Of a DNA stretch of 64,000 nt, positions 47,298-56,717 are shown piece by piece (the first letter of the stretch is position 1; every line of letters begins with the position of its first letter). Location of the stretch: contig CAZGIY010000001.1 in assembly GCA_964526445.1 (NCBI GenBank), forward strand, positions 20,363 through 84,362, given 5' to 3'. Made by a program: the position numbers and the translations under genes. This DNA is from an uncultured Candidatus Poseidoniales archaeon (GTDB taxonomy: Archaea; Thermoplasmatota; Poseidoniia; Poseidoniales; Poseidoniaceae). The notes under the pieces are model-generated. The model was not told the origin of the DNA. It searched no databases and was given only the letters and a program-made list of their open reading frames with translations.

Positions 47298-48305
47298 TCA
47301 TACCCATGTTTCACAGGGAGAGCAATACCATGCTGCGTACTCAGGATAAAGGTCAGCCATGCCTCCACAACCGGTGCATTCCTTGACTGCTCTATCTCCG
47401 AAAATACCCATAACTATGCGCACGTGGTCAGCATCTGAAATCCCCAGTTGTTCTCTCATCGCCCATAGCATCTGGTCTTCACTTGGCGAAATTATCCCAT
47501 CCTCCAGCACGATTTGAACTGCCGCTTGATAATCTTCGACCATTCGTACATCACGGGCGTCCATTGATACACCTCCCTTTTCAGCCACTAAATCTTGACC
47601 TCCAGGGTCGTCAACATAGATTACTAGTGATGCTGAATCCAATTGTGTATTTTTCATTTCAAAGAGGATGGAGGCGCCATCATTAGAAGCATAAACAAAG
47701 TTTGACAATCGATTGATTATACTGGCCATGTTACGCGCAGTATCTTCGATTGTACGTCCTCGGCGCCAACCTCTACTATCATCCTCATCATAACCATAGA
47801 ATTCGGTCCCCCTTCCGGGATATTCCAAACGAACTTCCTCTCCGCCATCGAATTCGTTGTTAAGCAAGGTAACCGATGCGATCACCGTATTGCCAATGTT
47901 ATCATCGTCATCAAAGGAAATCATCAGTGGTTTACGTTCTTCATTAGCAACATTGAATGTCCCTTGTAAACCTGTCATCCACTTATCTTCAAGACGCTGT
48001 AGACTGGCTTCTTGTTCTCTTGAGAGGTCCTTATTAATCCCTAAAACTCCTCTCAATTGACCGCTCTCCATCTCTTGTCTGAATTCATCAATCAACTCAG
48101 CATCTCTACGATGATTGGGAGGGGGGCCTCTGGTAGCTTGAACATGATTCGGGTCTTTCCATTCATGGGAACATTTCACACATATCAGGAACCCTGCCAA
48201 TGATGAGGGCTCAGCCTCTCCCCTGCATCGTGGGCAGTCGCCTTCTTCATCGACGTTCAGATTCTCGCCTGCAGCCTTTCTTCCTCGCCTGATGCCCATT
48301 CCCAT
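47298..48305 (-). CDS. Zinc-ribbon protein (N- and C-terminal CxxC pairs) of unknown function
   Basis: CPRCRG...CVKCSHEW near the N-terminus, CTGCGG...CSPCETWV at the C-terminus, and a TerB-like helical region. Start reassigned to ATG 48305, because the track ORF overlaps the thiolase gene by 128 nt. Confidence 0.4.
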   Translation of the reverse strand: MGMGIRRGRKAAGENLNVDEEGDCPRCRGEAEPSSLAGFLICVKCSHEWKDPNHVQATRGPPPNHRRDAELIDEFRQEMESGQLRGVLGINKDLSREQEASLQRLEDKWMTGLQGTFNVANEERKPLMISFDDDDNIGNTVIASVTLLNNEFDGGEEVRLEYPGRGTEFYGYDEDDSRGWRRGRTIEDTARNMASIINRLSNFVYASNDGASILFEMKNTQLDSASLVIYVDDPGGQDLVAEKGGVSMDARDVRMVEDYQAAVQIVLEDGIISPSEDQMLWAMREQLGISDADHVRIVMGIFGDRAVKECTGCGGMADLYPEYAAWYCSPCETWV

Positions 48306-48354
48306 AAAAAGGGCAGACCTGCTCTTGTCAAAGAAGGTTTGCGAAGGTGAACCC

Positions 48355-49494
48355 TCAATAATTTCGTAGAATGGTGGCGATTCCCATGCCTCCACCAATA
48401 CACATTGTTGCAAGTGCATATTCCCCTCCGGTACGTTGCAACAATGATGCAGCCTTACCAGTAATTCTAGCGCCACTGGCACCTAATGGATGTCCAATAG
48501 CCAATGCTCCTCCATCGATATTGACTCTATCGTCATCGGAATCCAAGCCTAAATCAGCCATTACTGCCAAGGACTGAGCCGAAAAAGCCTCATTCAACTC
48601 GATTACATCTATATCGTCTAGAGATATACCCGCACGATTAAGTGCCTTGATACTGGCCTTTACAGGGCCAATCCCCATGATTTCAGGAGCGACGCCAATT
48701 ACTGCACTGGAAACTATTGTGGACATGGGATTCAAACCATACTCTTCTGCATGTTCTTGTGAACACACAACGGTGAAAGCAGAGCCGTCTGTCAAAGGAG
48801 ATGAAGTGGCGGCCGTAACTGTTCCATCCTCCTTGAATGCAGGTGCAAGGCCAGCCATTCTCTCCATGGTTGTTCCAGCACGAATGCAACCATCCTCTGA
48901 GATGATTTTCTCAGCATTAGTTATTGAAACCAATTCAGTATCCAGATGTCCAGATTCTCTTGCAGATGCTGCTTTGGCATGACTGTTGAGGGCGAAGAGT
49001 TCCTGTTCTTGCCGATCTATGGAGTATGATTCTGCGAGATTCTCAGCTGTCAAACCCATATTGATGTAAGCCTGAGGATAACTATTCTCTAACTCAGGGT
49101 GCAAGTCGCGATTCCAACCCCCTCGCTTGACAAGAGACATACTTTCAACGCCGCCACAAAGAAACAATTCTCCTGCATTAGTTGCAATAGCACCTGTTGC
49201 ATCATGAATACTTTGCATGGAAGAACCGCACAAGCGATTAGAGGTCACCCCAGGTATACTTGCAGGAAGTCCACTGAGGTATGTTGTGATTCGACCTATA
49301 TTCAATCCCTGAACGCCTTCAGGATATGCACATCCTATCTTCAAGTCCTCGATCAAACCAATGTCAATTCCTGTTCTATCTATCAATTCCTTGACCACTT
49401 GTGAGGCCATATCCTCAGGCCTTGTAGTGGCCAAATCTCCCTTGTGAGCGCGGTGAAAAGGTGAGCGGGCATATCCGGCCAAGACTGCAGTCAT
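48355..49494 (-). CDS. Acetyl-CoA C-acetyltransferase (thiolase II)
   Basis: NRLCGSSMQ (Cys nucleophile), NEAFSAQ, GHPLGASGARI, CIGGGMG. Confidence 0.85.
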   Translation of the reverse strand: MTAVLAGYARSPFHRAHKGDLATTRPEDMASQVVKELIDRTGIDIGLIEDLKIGCAYPEGVQGLNIGRITTYLSGLPASIPGVTSNRLCGSSMQSIHDATGAIATNAGELFLCGGVESMSLVKRGGWNRDLHPELENSYPQAYINMGLTAENLAESYSIDRQEQELFALNSHAKAASARESGHLDTELVSITNAEKIISEDGCIRAGTTMERMAGLAPAFKEDGTVTAATSSPLTDGSAFTVVCSQEHAEEYGLNPMSTIVSSAVIGVAPEIMGIGPVKASIKALNRAGISLDDIDVIELNEAFSAQSLAVMADLGLDSDDDRVNIDGGALAIGHPLGASGARITGKAASLLQRTGGEYALATMCIGGGMGIATILRNY

Positions 49495-49583
49495 ACATCG
49501 GCCAATACATGGATGCTGTTCAACATCACGGTCACCTCAACCGTTCAGGTTATGAAGAAGGGGCGGTTGGACCGCCTGATTCC

Positions 49584-50267
49584 ATGTTACGTCAATGCAG
49601 AGCACACGGATATTTTGAGGGGCAAAATTGCCCAGTATGCAACGAAGAAGGCAAGTTCATCATGAGTGAGAGAGAAAAAAATGGAATCGGAAGACTGATG
49701 GCAGGAGTACTGCGACATTTCCCTGAAAAATTCAACATTCAGATGGACATCAATGGGTGGGTTAGTTGTAATAGTCTATGCGACGCATTCAAGGAAGCAA
49801 GGCACTATTATCATTGGCTGAGGCCATGGCATTTTGAAGCGATTGCTTCAGCAGAAGCAAAAGGCAGATATCAGGTTGAAGGAGATATGGTTAGAGCAAC
49901 ATATGGTCACAGCGTTGAGATCGAACTAGACCTGCCAACCGATGACATTCCAGAAGCACTGTACTATCCTTGCACTGAAGAAGATCTCAATACTCACTTG
50001 GAACATGGTATCAAAGCAGCAGATCGACAACATGTTCACTTGTCTAAGACTATTGCTAACGCCATGGAAGCCGGTCACGTGAGAATCCACAGGCCGCGTA
50101 TCCTAGAAGTTGATACAGTTCGTGCAATCGCTGATGGAAACTCAATATATCGTGCTGGAACCACAGTGTACCTCAGTGAAGATATACCAAGTGACTATGT
50201 AGAAGTCTTGCCTGAAGATGACCAAATGATAACTGAGATAGTAGCTATTTGGCAAGAAGAGGAATGA
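49584..50267 (+). CDS. kptA: RNA 2'-phosphotransferase Tpt1/KptA with N-terminal zinc ribbon
   Basis: LMAGVLRHFPEKFNIQMDINGWV...HVHLS...RI Tpt1 motifs. Start chosen at MLRQ to avoid overlapping the thiolase start. Confidence 0.7.
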   Translation: MLRQCRAHGYFEGQNCPVCNEEGKFIMSEREKNGIGRLMAGVLRHFPEKFNIQMDINGWVSCNSLCDAFKEARHYYHWLRPWHFEAIASAEAKGRYQVEGDMVRATYGHSVEIELDLPTDDIPEALYYPCTEEDLNTHLEHGIKAADRQHVHLSKTIANAMEAGHVRIHRPRILEVDTVRAIADGNSIYRAGTTVYLSEDIPSDYVEVLPEDDQMITEIVAIWQEEE

Positions 50268-50663
50268 TTACTGGAATTTGCCGCAGGCAGAACAGAATTC
50301 TAGGTCCCCTTCAAGTATAGCATCACAATGTTTGCACACTGAATCTCCTTGCTGTGCAGTTTTGCCTTGGGCGATATCTAGATTGGCAACTAAACGGACC
50401 GCTTTCTGTAGTTCTAGGGGATCATGTCCTGCATCTTTCAATTCCTTCCATTTGTATCGGAATGCGATGGCCTCTTGAATTGCCGCCTCTATCTGCAGAC
50501 GTCTACGATTTCGTTCTTCAACATCGGTAATTTCTTCAGACTTTTCCAATTCAGTCTGCAAATGCCGTTGAAATTCATCCACAGTTGGATTATCACCCAT
50601 GAGTCTACGAAGAAGCGATTGGTCTTCATCCCACCGGCGAATGACTTTGAGTAAGGCCCCCAT
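50268..50663 (-). CDS. Small protein with C-terminal zinc ribbon
   Basis: CKHCDA...CSACGKFQ. Confidence 0.3.
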   Translation of the reverse strand: MGALLKVIRRWDEDQSLLRRLMGDNPTVDEFQRHLQTELEKSEEITDVEERNRRRLQIEAAIQEAIAFRYKWKELKDAGHDPLELQKAVRLVANLDIAQGKTAQQGDSVCKHCDAILEGDLEFCSACGKFQ

Positions 50664-50672
50664 CCTTACTAC

Positions 50673-51446
50673 ATGGCGCAGCGGGTCTTAGTGAAATTAG
50701 GAGGAGGTTTGATTACTGCCAAGGAAAAACTGTGCATCGCTCGAATGGAAGTCATAGATGCTTGCTCAAACGTAATCGCTAGATTGCAGGAGGAAGGGTG
50801 GAGCCCAATAATCGTCCATGGAGCAGGAGGATTTGGTCATCAAAGAGCCAAGGAATTCAATTTAGCGCAAGGTATGGATGACTCAATTGAAGGACAAGAA
50901 GGAGCAATTCAATTAGTTAGGGCGGAAATGTTGACCTTGAACTCATTAGTATGCGAGTCACTGATAAATTCTGGATTGAAAGTTGCAAGTTTTCCTCCGC
51001 ATACATGGGCAAAGGGAACCGGGCCGAATTTTTTTGGAGATATCGAAATATTCTGTAATGAAAATAGTATAGTCCCAGTAACATTCGGTGATGTCACAGA
51101 TTGTGATGATGATTCGAGATTTGGAATACTATCAGGTGATCACTTAATGCAAAGAATATCTTCAATCGACGATATATCAAAAGCAATATTCTTACTGGAT
51201 GGGATCGATGGATTGATGGATAATCCCGAAAATGGAGAGTTGATTGAACATTTGACTGCCGAATCAAGATTCACAACTCAGCACGATGATGAAATCGATG
51301 TAACTGGTGGCATGGAATTGAAGGTTGAATGTGCTCGCTCAATGTCGCGAGAAGGACTGGAAGTCTGGTTGTTAGATGGAACTAAGCCGGAACGGATGTT
51401 GGAAGCGGTACTGCGTGGCAAGACTATTGGAACTCAGGTATCTTAA
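50673..51446 (+). CDS. ipk: Isopentenyl phosphate kinase
   Basis: Amino-acid-kinase fold: VKLGGGLIT, IVHGAGGFGH. Confidence 0.8.
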   Translation: MAQRVLVKLGGGLITAKEKLCIARMEVIDACSNVIARLQEEGWSPIIVHGAGGFGHQRAKEFNLAQGMDDSIEGQEGAIQLVRAEMLTLNSLVCESLINSGLKVASFPPHTWAKGTGPNFFGDIEIFCNENSIVPVTFGDVTDCDDDSRFGILSGDHLMQRISSIDDISKAIFLLDGIDGLMDNPENGELIEHLTAESRFTTQHDDEIDVTGGMELKVECARSMSREGLEVWLLDGTKPERMLEAVLRGKTIGTQVS

Positions 51447-51480
51447 GTCCTGATGGCTCTCAGTCCATGTTTTATGCTTA

Positions 51481-53190
51481 ATGCACGTGCGTAAGATAGG
51501 CGAGCACATGAACAGTGGAGGCGATTCTCTACCCGGGCACTCCGCGCAACAGGTCGATTTCATGATGGAACGCCTAATTTATGTCAACGAAGATGACAAA
51601 CCTATAGGGTATGTTGAAAAGTTTGATGCCCATTTTGGCAGAGGGTGTTTACATCGCGCCTTTTCTCTACTCGTCTTTGATTCCAGCAATAGATTACTTC
51701 TACAGAAGCGCTCTAGTGATAAAATCACATTTCCCGGAATATGGGCTAATACTTGTTGCTCGCATCCGTTGAACAATGACGAAGAAAGAAACGGCTTTGA
51801 AGGTAGCATCAAAGCAGCAATACGAAAGGTGGAGCAAGAATTAGGAGTTGACACTACTGATTTGAGACCGGAAATGTTTGTCCCTGCTTCCAAGATGCTG
51901 TATATGTCAAGAATGGATGAGGAATGGGTTGAGAAAGAGTTGGATCATATCATTATTCTAAGAAGCGACCTTGTTTGCTCACCTAATCCAAATGAGGTAG
52001 AAGAAATAAAGTGGGTAAGTGAGGAAGAGTTACAAGAATTTCTTGCTGATTCTAAAGGTGAAATCATTGCGCCTTGGTTTAGATTGATTGCTGAAAGACT
52101 TCTTCCCGCATGGTGGGAGGATTTAGATTCAGTAAGTGACGATGGTCTGATTCATAATTTTGGACGTATCGACCTAGTACCATCTCCAATTATTGGCGAA
52201 ACTTTGGAGCAGGCAGTTGCTAGGTGCCGACCTCGGGTCGAGGAATTGCTCGTACAGGCACTAAACAAGACGTCTGTACCACGTTTGCGGAATGCAATGA
52301 TGCACTTGATCGAAGGAGGAGGTAAACGCTTGCGAGCAACATTGCCACAATTGGTAGCAGAGGCATTAGATGTGAGTCCAGAAAATGAAGATCTAGAATT
52401 TGTGGGAGCTGCACTAGAAGTCATTCACAATTTCACTTTAGTTCATGATGACATTATGGATGATGATGAAATCAGGAGAGGGCGCCCCGCAGTGCACATA
52501 GAATATGATGTACCTACTGCGATTAATGCCGGAGATGCTATGTTGGCAATAGGTTTTGAATTGCTCGTAGAGGATGGAAATATTGCACCTGATTATCTTT
52601 CAGATGTCATTTTGGACATCTCTTCAATGGTTCGCAAAGTTTCAGAGGGGCAACAACTCGATATCGCTTTCGAGAATGAAGAGAATATAGGTGTTGTAGA
52701 ATATATGCAAATGATCGAAGGCAAGACCGCAATTATGTTCCAAACCGCTGCGCGCCTTGGCGCATTACTTTCTGGAGCAAGGGATAAAATTGTAGATGCT
52801 TGTACTAACTGGGGTCTGCATTTGGGAATGTGTTTCCAGTTGATGGATGATTTAATCGACGTATTGAGTGATGGAAAGACATTGGGTAAACCAAGAGGCA
52901 GTGATATTGCTCAGGGGAAGAAGACTCTCATGGTACTACACGCTCTAGAACAGCAAGGTGATGATGTTGACTTGTTGAAATCTATTCTTGGTAAAGGCGA
53001 GAATGCAACTCAGGATGAATTAGATTCTGCAATAGGGGCCTTGGAACGATTGGGTTCTATCCAATACGCGCGGGAAACCGCCGAAGCTTGCCACAATTCT
53101 GCCCATGTGGAACTAGATAGATTACCGTATTGGGCAGAACTCTCTGTTTTACGAGAGTTAACAGATTGGCAGATAAAAAGAATTTCTTGA
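51481..53190 (+). CDS. Fusion protein: type-1 (Nudix) isopentenyl-diphosphate isomerase plus geranylgeranyl diphosphate synthase
   Basis: N-terminal half HRAFSLLVFDSSNRLLLQKRSSDKITFPGIWANTCCSHP...WFRLIAERLLPAWW is collinear with eukaryotic IDI1. C-terminal half has FARM LVHDDIMDDDEIRRGRP and SARM MDDLIDVL of trans-prenyltransferases. Confidence 0.8.
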   Translation: MHVRKIGEHMNSGGDSLPGHSAQQVDFMMERLIYVNEDDKPIGYVEKFDAHFGRGCLHRAFSLLVFDSSNRLLLQKRSSDKITFPGIWANTCCSHPLNNDEERNGFEGSIKAAIRKVEQELGVDTTDLRPEMFVPASKMLYMSRMDEEWVEKELDHIIILRSDLVCSPNPNEVEEIKWVSEEELQEFLADSKGEIIAPWFRLIAERLLPAWWEDLDSVSDDGLIHNFGRIDLVPSPIIGETLEQAVARCRPRVEELLVQALNKTSVPRLRNAMMHLIEGGGKRLRATLPQLVAEALDVSPENEDLEFVGAALEVIHNFTLVHDDIMDDDEIRRGRPAVHIEYDVPTAINAGDAMLAIGFELLVEDGNIAPDYLSDVILDISSMVRKVSEGQQLDIAFENEENIGVVEYMQMIEGKTAIMFQTAARLGALLSGARDKIVDACTNWGLHLGMCFQLMDDLIDVLSDGKTLGKPRGSDIAQGKKTLMVLHALEQQGDDVDLLKSILGKGENATQDELDSAIGALERLGSIQYARETAEACHNSAHVELDRLPYWAELSVLRELTDWQIKRIS

Positions 53191-55401
53191 TCAATCTGTG
53201 TAGTAGGCCTCATCAGGAACATCGGCCTTCAGGCCCTTTCTCTGCCGAATCTTTCCTACAGTCTTCTCAAACAATTGAGGTGGAAGTATATCGAATCCAC
53301 AGTTCTCACTATTCCACACGGCACGACCTTGGCTAGCAGCCCTGATATCATTTGAGAAACCAAAAGTTTCAGCTACAGGCACTGTTCCAACAACGGTTGT
53401 TACCTCACCATCCGCCGGCATATCCTCAATGACTCCTCGACGGTTGGAAATTTCACGTGATACGCCTCCAAGCCAATCATTTGGCACACTGACAAACATC
53501 TTCTGCATTGGTTCCATAATCACCGGACGCGCGCGCAGACATGCTCCTTTGATTGAATTCCGAACCGCAGGGATGGTCTGCGCCGGTCCTCTGTGAATAG
53601 CATCCTCGTGCAACTTTGCATCCACCAGGCGAACGAACATACCCATCATTGGTTCCTCAGCGATTGGCCCCCTCTTGCAGACCGCATTGAACGCTTCAAT
53701 AATCAATTCACGAGTCTCGTGTAGATTCTGAATACCCTTTGTGTCATTCACTAAAACATTGGTTCCGTTGATAGCATAGATCTTACGCATCAAATCCTTG
53801 TCCATGCCATCGAATTCGCCAAACTTGTTTCCAATTTCTTTAGAATCCTTGTTTCTAATTGTACCGTCTCCAAAGTGGCCCTCTCTTAAAGCCTGAATAA
53901 CCTCGTCGGGAAGTTTCTCTACCTCCACATAGAATCGGTTATGTCTATTTGGAGACTTACCCTCGAATGCATGTCCACGATTACTCGATTCTACCGATTC
54001 ACGATATACGACAATAGGTGGACTGACCTTGACCTTGATTCCCTGTTCCTCTTCGATACGATAAGTGGTAATTTCTAGGTGCAATTCTCCCATTCCAGCC
54101 AATAACGCTTCTCCAGTCTCTTGGTTAGTGGTAACTAGGAGGCTAGCGTCAGCCTTTGCTAGTGATCGCAAAGCATCGATGAACTTTGGTAAGTCTTTCA
54201 TCGACTGTGGTTCCACAGCAACGGTGACTACAGGCTCCGAATAGTGCCTAATGGCTTCGAAGGGAGTGAATTCCTTATCTCTTGAAATTGTTACTCCGGC
54301 AGCAGCAGAGCGGATACCAGTTAGCGCAGCAATGTTTCCAGCGACGACGGAGGGGACTGAGATTCTGTCTCCTCCAACCATCATGCTGACTTGCTGAACT
54401 CTCTCGGCTTTACTTGCACCTAGAGCCCAAACGCTCTCTCCTTGATTAATTGCTCCTGAATATATTCGACCAACTGCAACTTCCCCTGCATGCGGGTCCA
54501 TCCAAATCTTGGTAATCATCATCGCCAACTCTCCATCGGGGTCACAATTCAACATTGACTGACCAATCTGTGTATCGATATCTCCGTTCCAGATGTTAGG
54601 AATACGATAATTCTGAGCCTCGACAGGACCTGGTAATTTGGACACAGCCATATCGAGAAGAACCTCATGAACTGGTGCCTTCTTTGACAACTCCTTCTGC
54701 TGCTCATTGTGGCAGTGTTCAAAGATATCAGTGAATGAAATTCCGGACTTCTGCATGTATGGGACGGTAATTCCCCAGTTGTGGTAGGCAGAGCCGAATG
54801 CAACAGTTCCATCTGCAACACTCACCTGCCAATCTTTCTTTTTCTCTTCTGGTGCGAATTGACGAATTAGCTTATTCACCTTGGTGATAGTTCCCTTGAA
54901 ACGTTCCATCATATCCTCTGGAGTCACTTGCAATTCATTGATCAAACGATCTACCTTATTGATGAATAGAACAGGCTTTACCTTTTCCTTAAGGGCTTGA
55001 CGTACGACGGTTTCAGTCTGCGGCATTGGCCCTTCTACAGCGCAAGCAAGAATGAAACAACCGTCTACTGCGCGCATGGCACGAGTTACGTCTCCACCAA
55101 AATCAACGTGCCCTGGTGTATCGATGAGATTGATTAGGAAATCAACACCCTCTACACCGTGAACCATAGAAGCACTAGCAGCATTGATGGTAATTCCACG
55201 GGCACTCTCTTGCTCATCGAAATCAAGAACTCTACTCTTGCCAGCAAGATCTTCTGACATCATACCGGCACCTGCGATTAGATTGTCAGACAAAGTCGTC
55301 TTTCCGTGATCTATGTGGGCTGCGATACACAAATTCCTGATTTGTGGCAGAATATGCATCACTTCAGTAGCTCTCTTGATATTGTCTTCCTTACGGCCCA
55401 T
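53191..55401 (-). CDS. fusA: Elongation factor 2 (aEF-2)
   Basis: [13 protein letters not shown]-domain and five-domain EF-2 architecture. Follows rps7 as in archaeal str operons. Confidence 0.95.
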   Translation of the reverse strand: MGRKEDNIKRATEVMHILPQIRNLCIAAHIDHGKTTLSDNLIAGAGMMSEDLAGKSRVLDFDEQESARGITINAASASMVHGVEGVDFLINLIDTPGHVDFGGDVTRAMRAVDGCFILACAVEGPMPQTETVVRQALKEKVKPVLFINKVDRLINELQVTPEDMMERFKGTITKVNKLIRQFAPEEKKKDWQVSVADGTVAFGSAYHNWGITVPYMQKSGISFTDIFEHCHNEQQKELSKKAPVHEVLLDMAVSKLPGPVEAQNYRIPNIWNGDIDTQIGQSMLNCDPDGELAMMITKIWMDPHAGEVAVGRIYSGAINQGESVWALGASKAERVQQVSMMVGGDRISVPSVVAGNIAALTGIRSAAAGVTISRDKEFTPFEAIRHYSEPVVTVAVEPQSMKDLPKFIDALRSLAKADASLLVTTNQETGEALLAGMGELHLEITTYRIEEEQGIKVKVSPPIVVYRESVESSNRGHAFEGKSPNRHNRFYVEVEKLPDEVIQALREGHFGDGTIRNKDSKEIGNKFGEFDGMDKDLMRKIYAINGTNVLVNDTKGIQNLHETRELIIEAFNAVCKRGPIAEEPMMGMFVRLVDAKLHEDAIHRGPAQTIPAVRNSIKGACLRARPVIMEPMQKMFVSVPNDWLGGVSREISNRRGVIEDMPADGEVTTVVGTVPVAETFGFSNDIRAASQGRAVWNSENCGFDILPPQLFEKTVGKIRQRKGLKADVPDEAYYTD

Positions 55402-55448
55402 TCAATCGCCTCAGTGGCCCGGCGACCGGACCTCTATTAATGAAGCCA

Positions 55449-55469
55449 TCCATACCCGTAGGGTATGGA
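55449..55469. other. 9-bp perfect inverted repeat hairpin (tccataccc-gta-gggtatgga) in the rps7-fusA intergenic spacer
   Basis: Read from the sequence. Confidence 0.4.
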
Positions 55470-55488
55470 AATTCTAACAGGATGGCTA

Positions 55489-56139
55489 TCAGCGTGCCGA
55501 GGCAGCGATTCTTTCGAGCTCTTCACGCTTTGCTACAGCAAAGGAAGTGACATCTCCTTCAGATGCCTTTACTAGTTCATTTACGATACATTGTGTCAAA
55601 GTGCGCTTAGATTTGTGTGTGCCTGACTGAGCGCCCTTGGCAAGATTGCGAAGAGCAACGTCTAGGCGTCGCATTGGTGCAGAATCAACAGCCTTGGGCT
55701 GACTGACTGCTCCAAACTTGATTCGGGTGATTTCCTCCATTGGGGCGCCATTGCAGATCGCATCCACAAAAGTTTGCAATGGATTACTTCCACTGCGCTC
55801 GGAAATCTTGTCTAGTGCGGTTTCAAAGGCCTTGGAGGCGCCCATCTTCTTTCCAGTGTATTTTCCAGTGCGCATCAGATTGTTGATAAAACGTTCAACA
55901 ACAGACAACTTGGTCTTACCAAACCAAGAATTAGCGTGCCTACCGCCACTGTGTGGTGCCCCTACAGTCTTGAGGTTGACATATGGGGCTAGACCAGGGT
56001 CTCTGCAGACTACTTCAGATGCATCCCACTTGCCGAATACTAAGGTTCCAATACCTGCAATTGGTGTTTCGTCAACCTCTGGCTCTGGAGCCTCCACAAT
56101 TTCCTCAACTGCGTCTTCCACAACTTCTTCATCAGACAT
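55489..56139 (-). CDS. rps7: Ribosomal protein uS7 with acidic N-terminal extension
   Basis: uS7 core (FINNLMRTGKYTGKK...) and position between uS12 and EF-2. Confidence 0.9.
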   Translation of the reverse strand: MSDEEVVEDAVEEIVEAPEPEVDETPIAGIGTLVFGKWDASEVVCRDPGLAPYVNLKTVGAPHSGGRHANSWFGKTKLSVVERFINNLMRTGKYTGKKMGASKAFETALDKISERSGSNPLQTFVDAICNGAPMEEITRIKFGAVSQPKAVDSAPMRRLDVALRNLAKGAQSGTHKSKRTLTQCIVNELVKASEGDVTSFAVAKREELERIAASAR

Positions 56140-56148
56140 TGTGATACC

Positions 56149-56577
56149 TCAGCGAACTGGCTTCTCCTTTCTACCTCGGACCATCTCATCGAGACTGACC
56201 CCATTGACCTTGATTACCTTGTAGCGAACACCGGGAATATCTCCGTATGAACGACCCATGCGGCCACCGATTCCTTCGACCATGACCTCATCATGTTCAT
56301 CGATGAAATTGATAGCACCATCTCCAGGTGCGAATGCGGTCAACTTGTTTCCGCTCTTAATCAATGAAATCTTGACAGCCTTACGAATTCCGGAATTAGG
56401 TTGCTTAGCCTCAATACCTACTTTCTCAATGACTATGCCGCGAGCCTGAGTAGATCCACGCAATGGGTCGTGTTTCTCTCTTGACTTGATCATGCGCTTC
56501 TTGTATCGGCGATCAGACCAGCGGAACTTCTGGCGGTCTTTCGCCATCTTCCTAGCTGCGAATAGTCCTCTACCCAT
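56149..56577 (-). CDS. rps12: Ribosomal protein uS12
   Basis: [28 protein letters not shown] motif. Start at the internal [10 protein letters not shown], since the track ORF has a 24-aa unlikely extension. Confidence 0.9.
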   Translation of the reverse strand: MGRGLFAARKMAKDRQKFRWSDRRYKKRMIKSREKHDPLRGSTQARGIVIEKVGIEAKQPNSGIRKAVKISLIKSGNKLTAFAPGDGAINFIDEHDEVMVEGIGGRMGRSYGDIPGVRYKVIKVNGVSLDEMVRGRKEKPVR

Positions 56578-56717
56578 GTGCAAACCCCGTTTGAAGCAGG
56601 TCGCCGACTTGCCCCCCCTATTTGACCATGACGGAAGGTAGAGGTTCATTGTGCACAGGACAACGATTCTACAGCGATGCGCGCAATGTTCAATGATGGT
56701 TAAACTCTCGGGCGTTC

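Noticed and set aside
48355-48482. 128-nt overlap between ORF 47298-48482 and the thiolase gene
   Set aside because: It is more parsimonious that the Zn-ribbon gene starts at an internal ATG (48305). This was treated as start mis-assignment, not a genuine long overlap.
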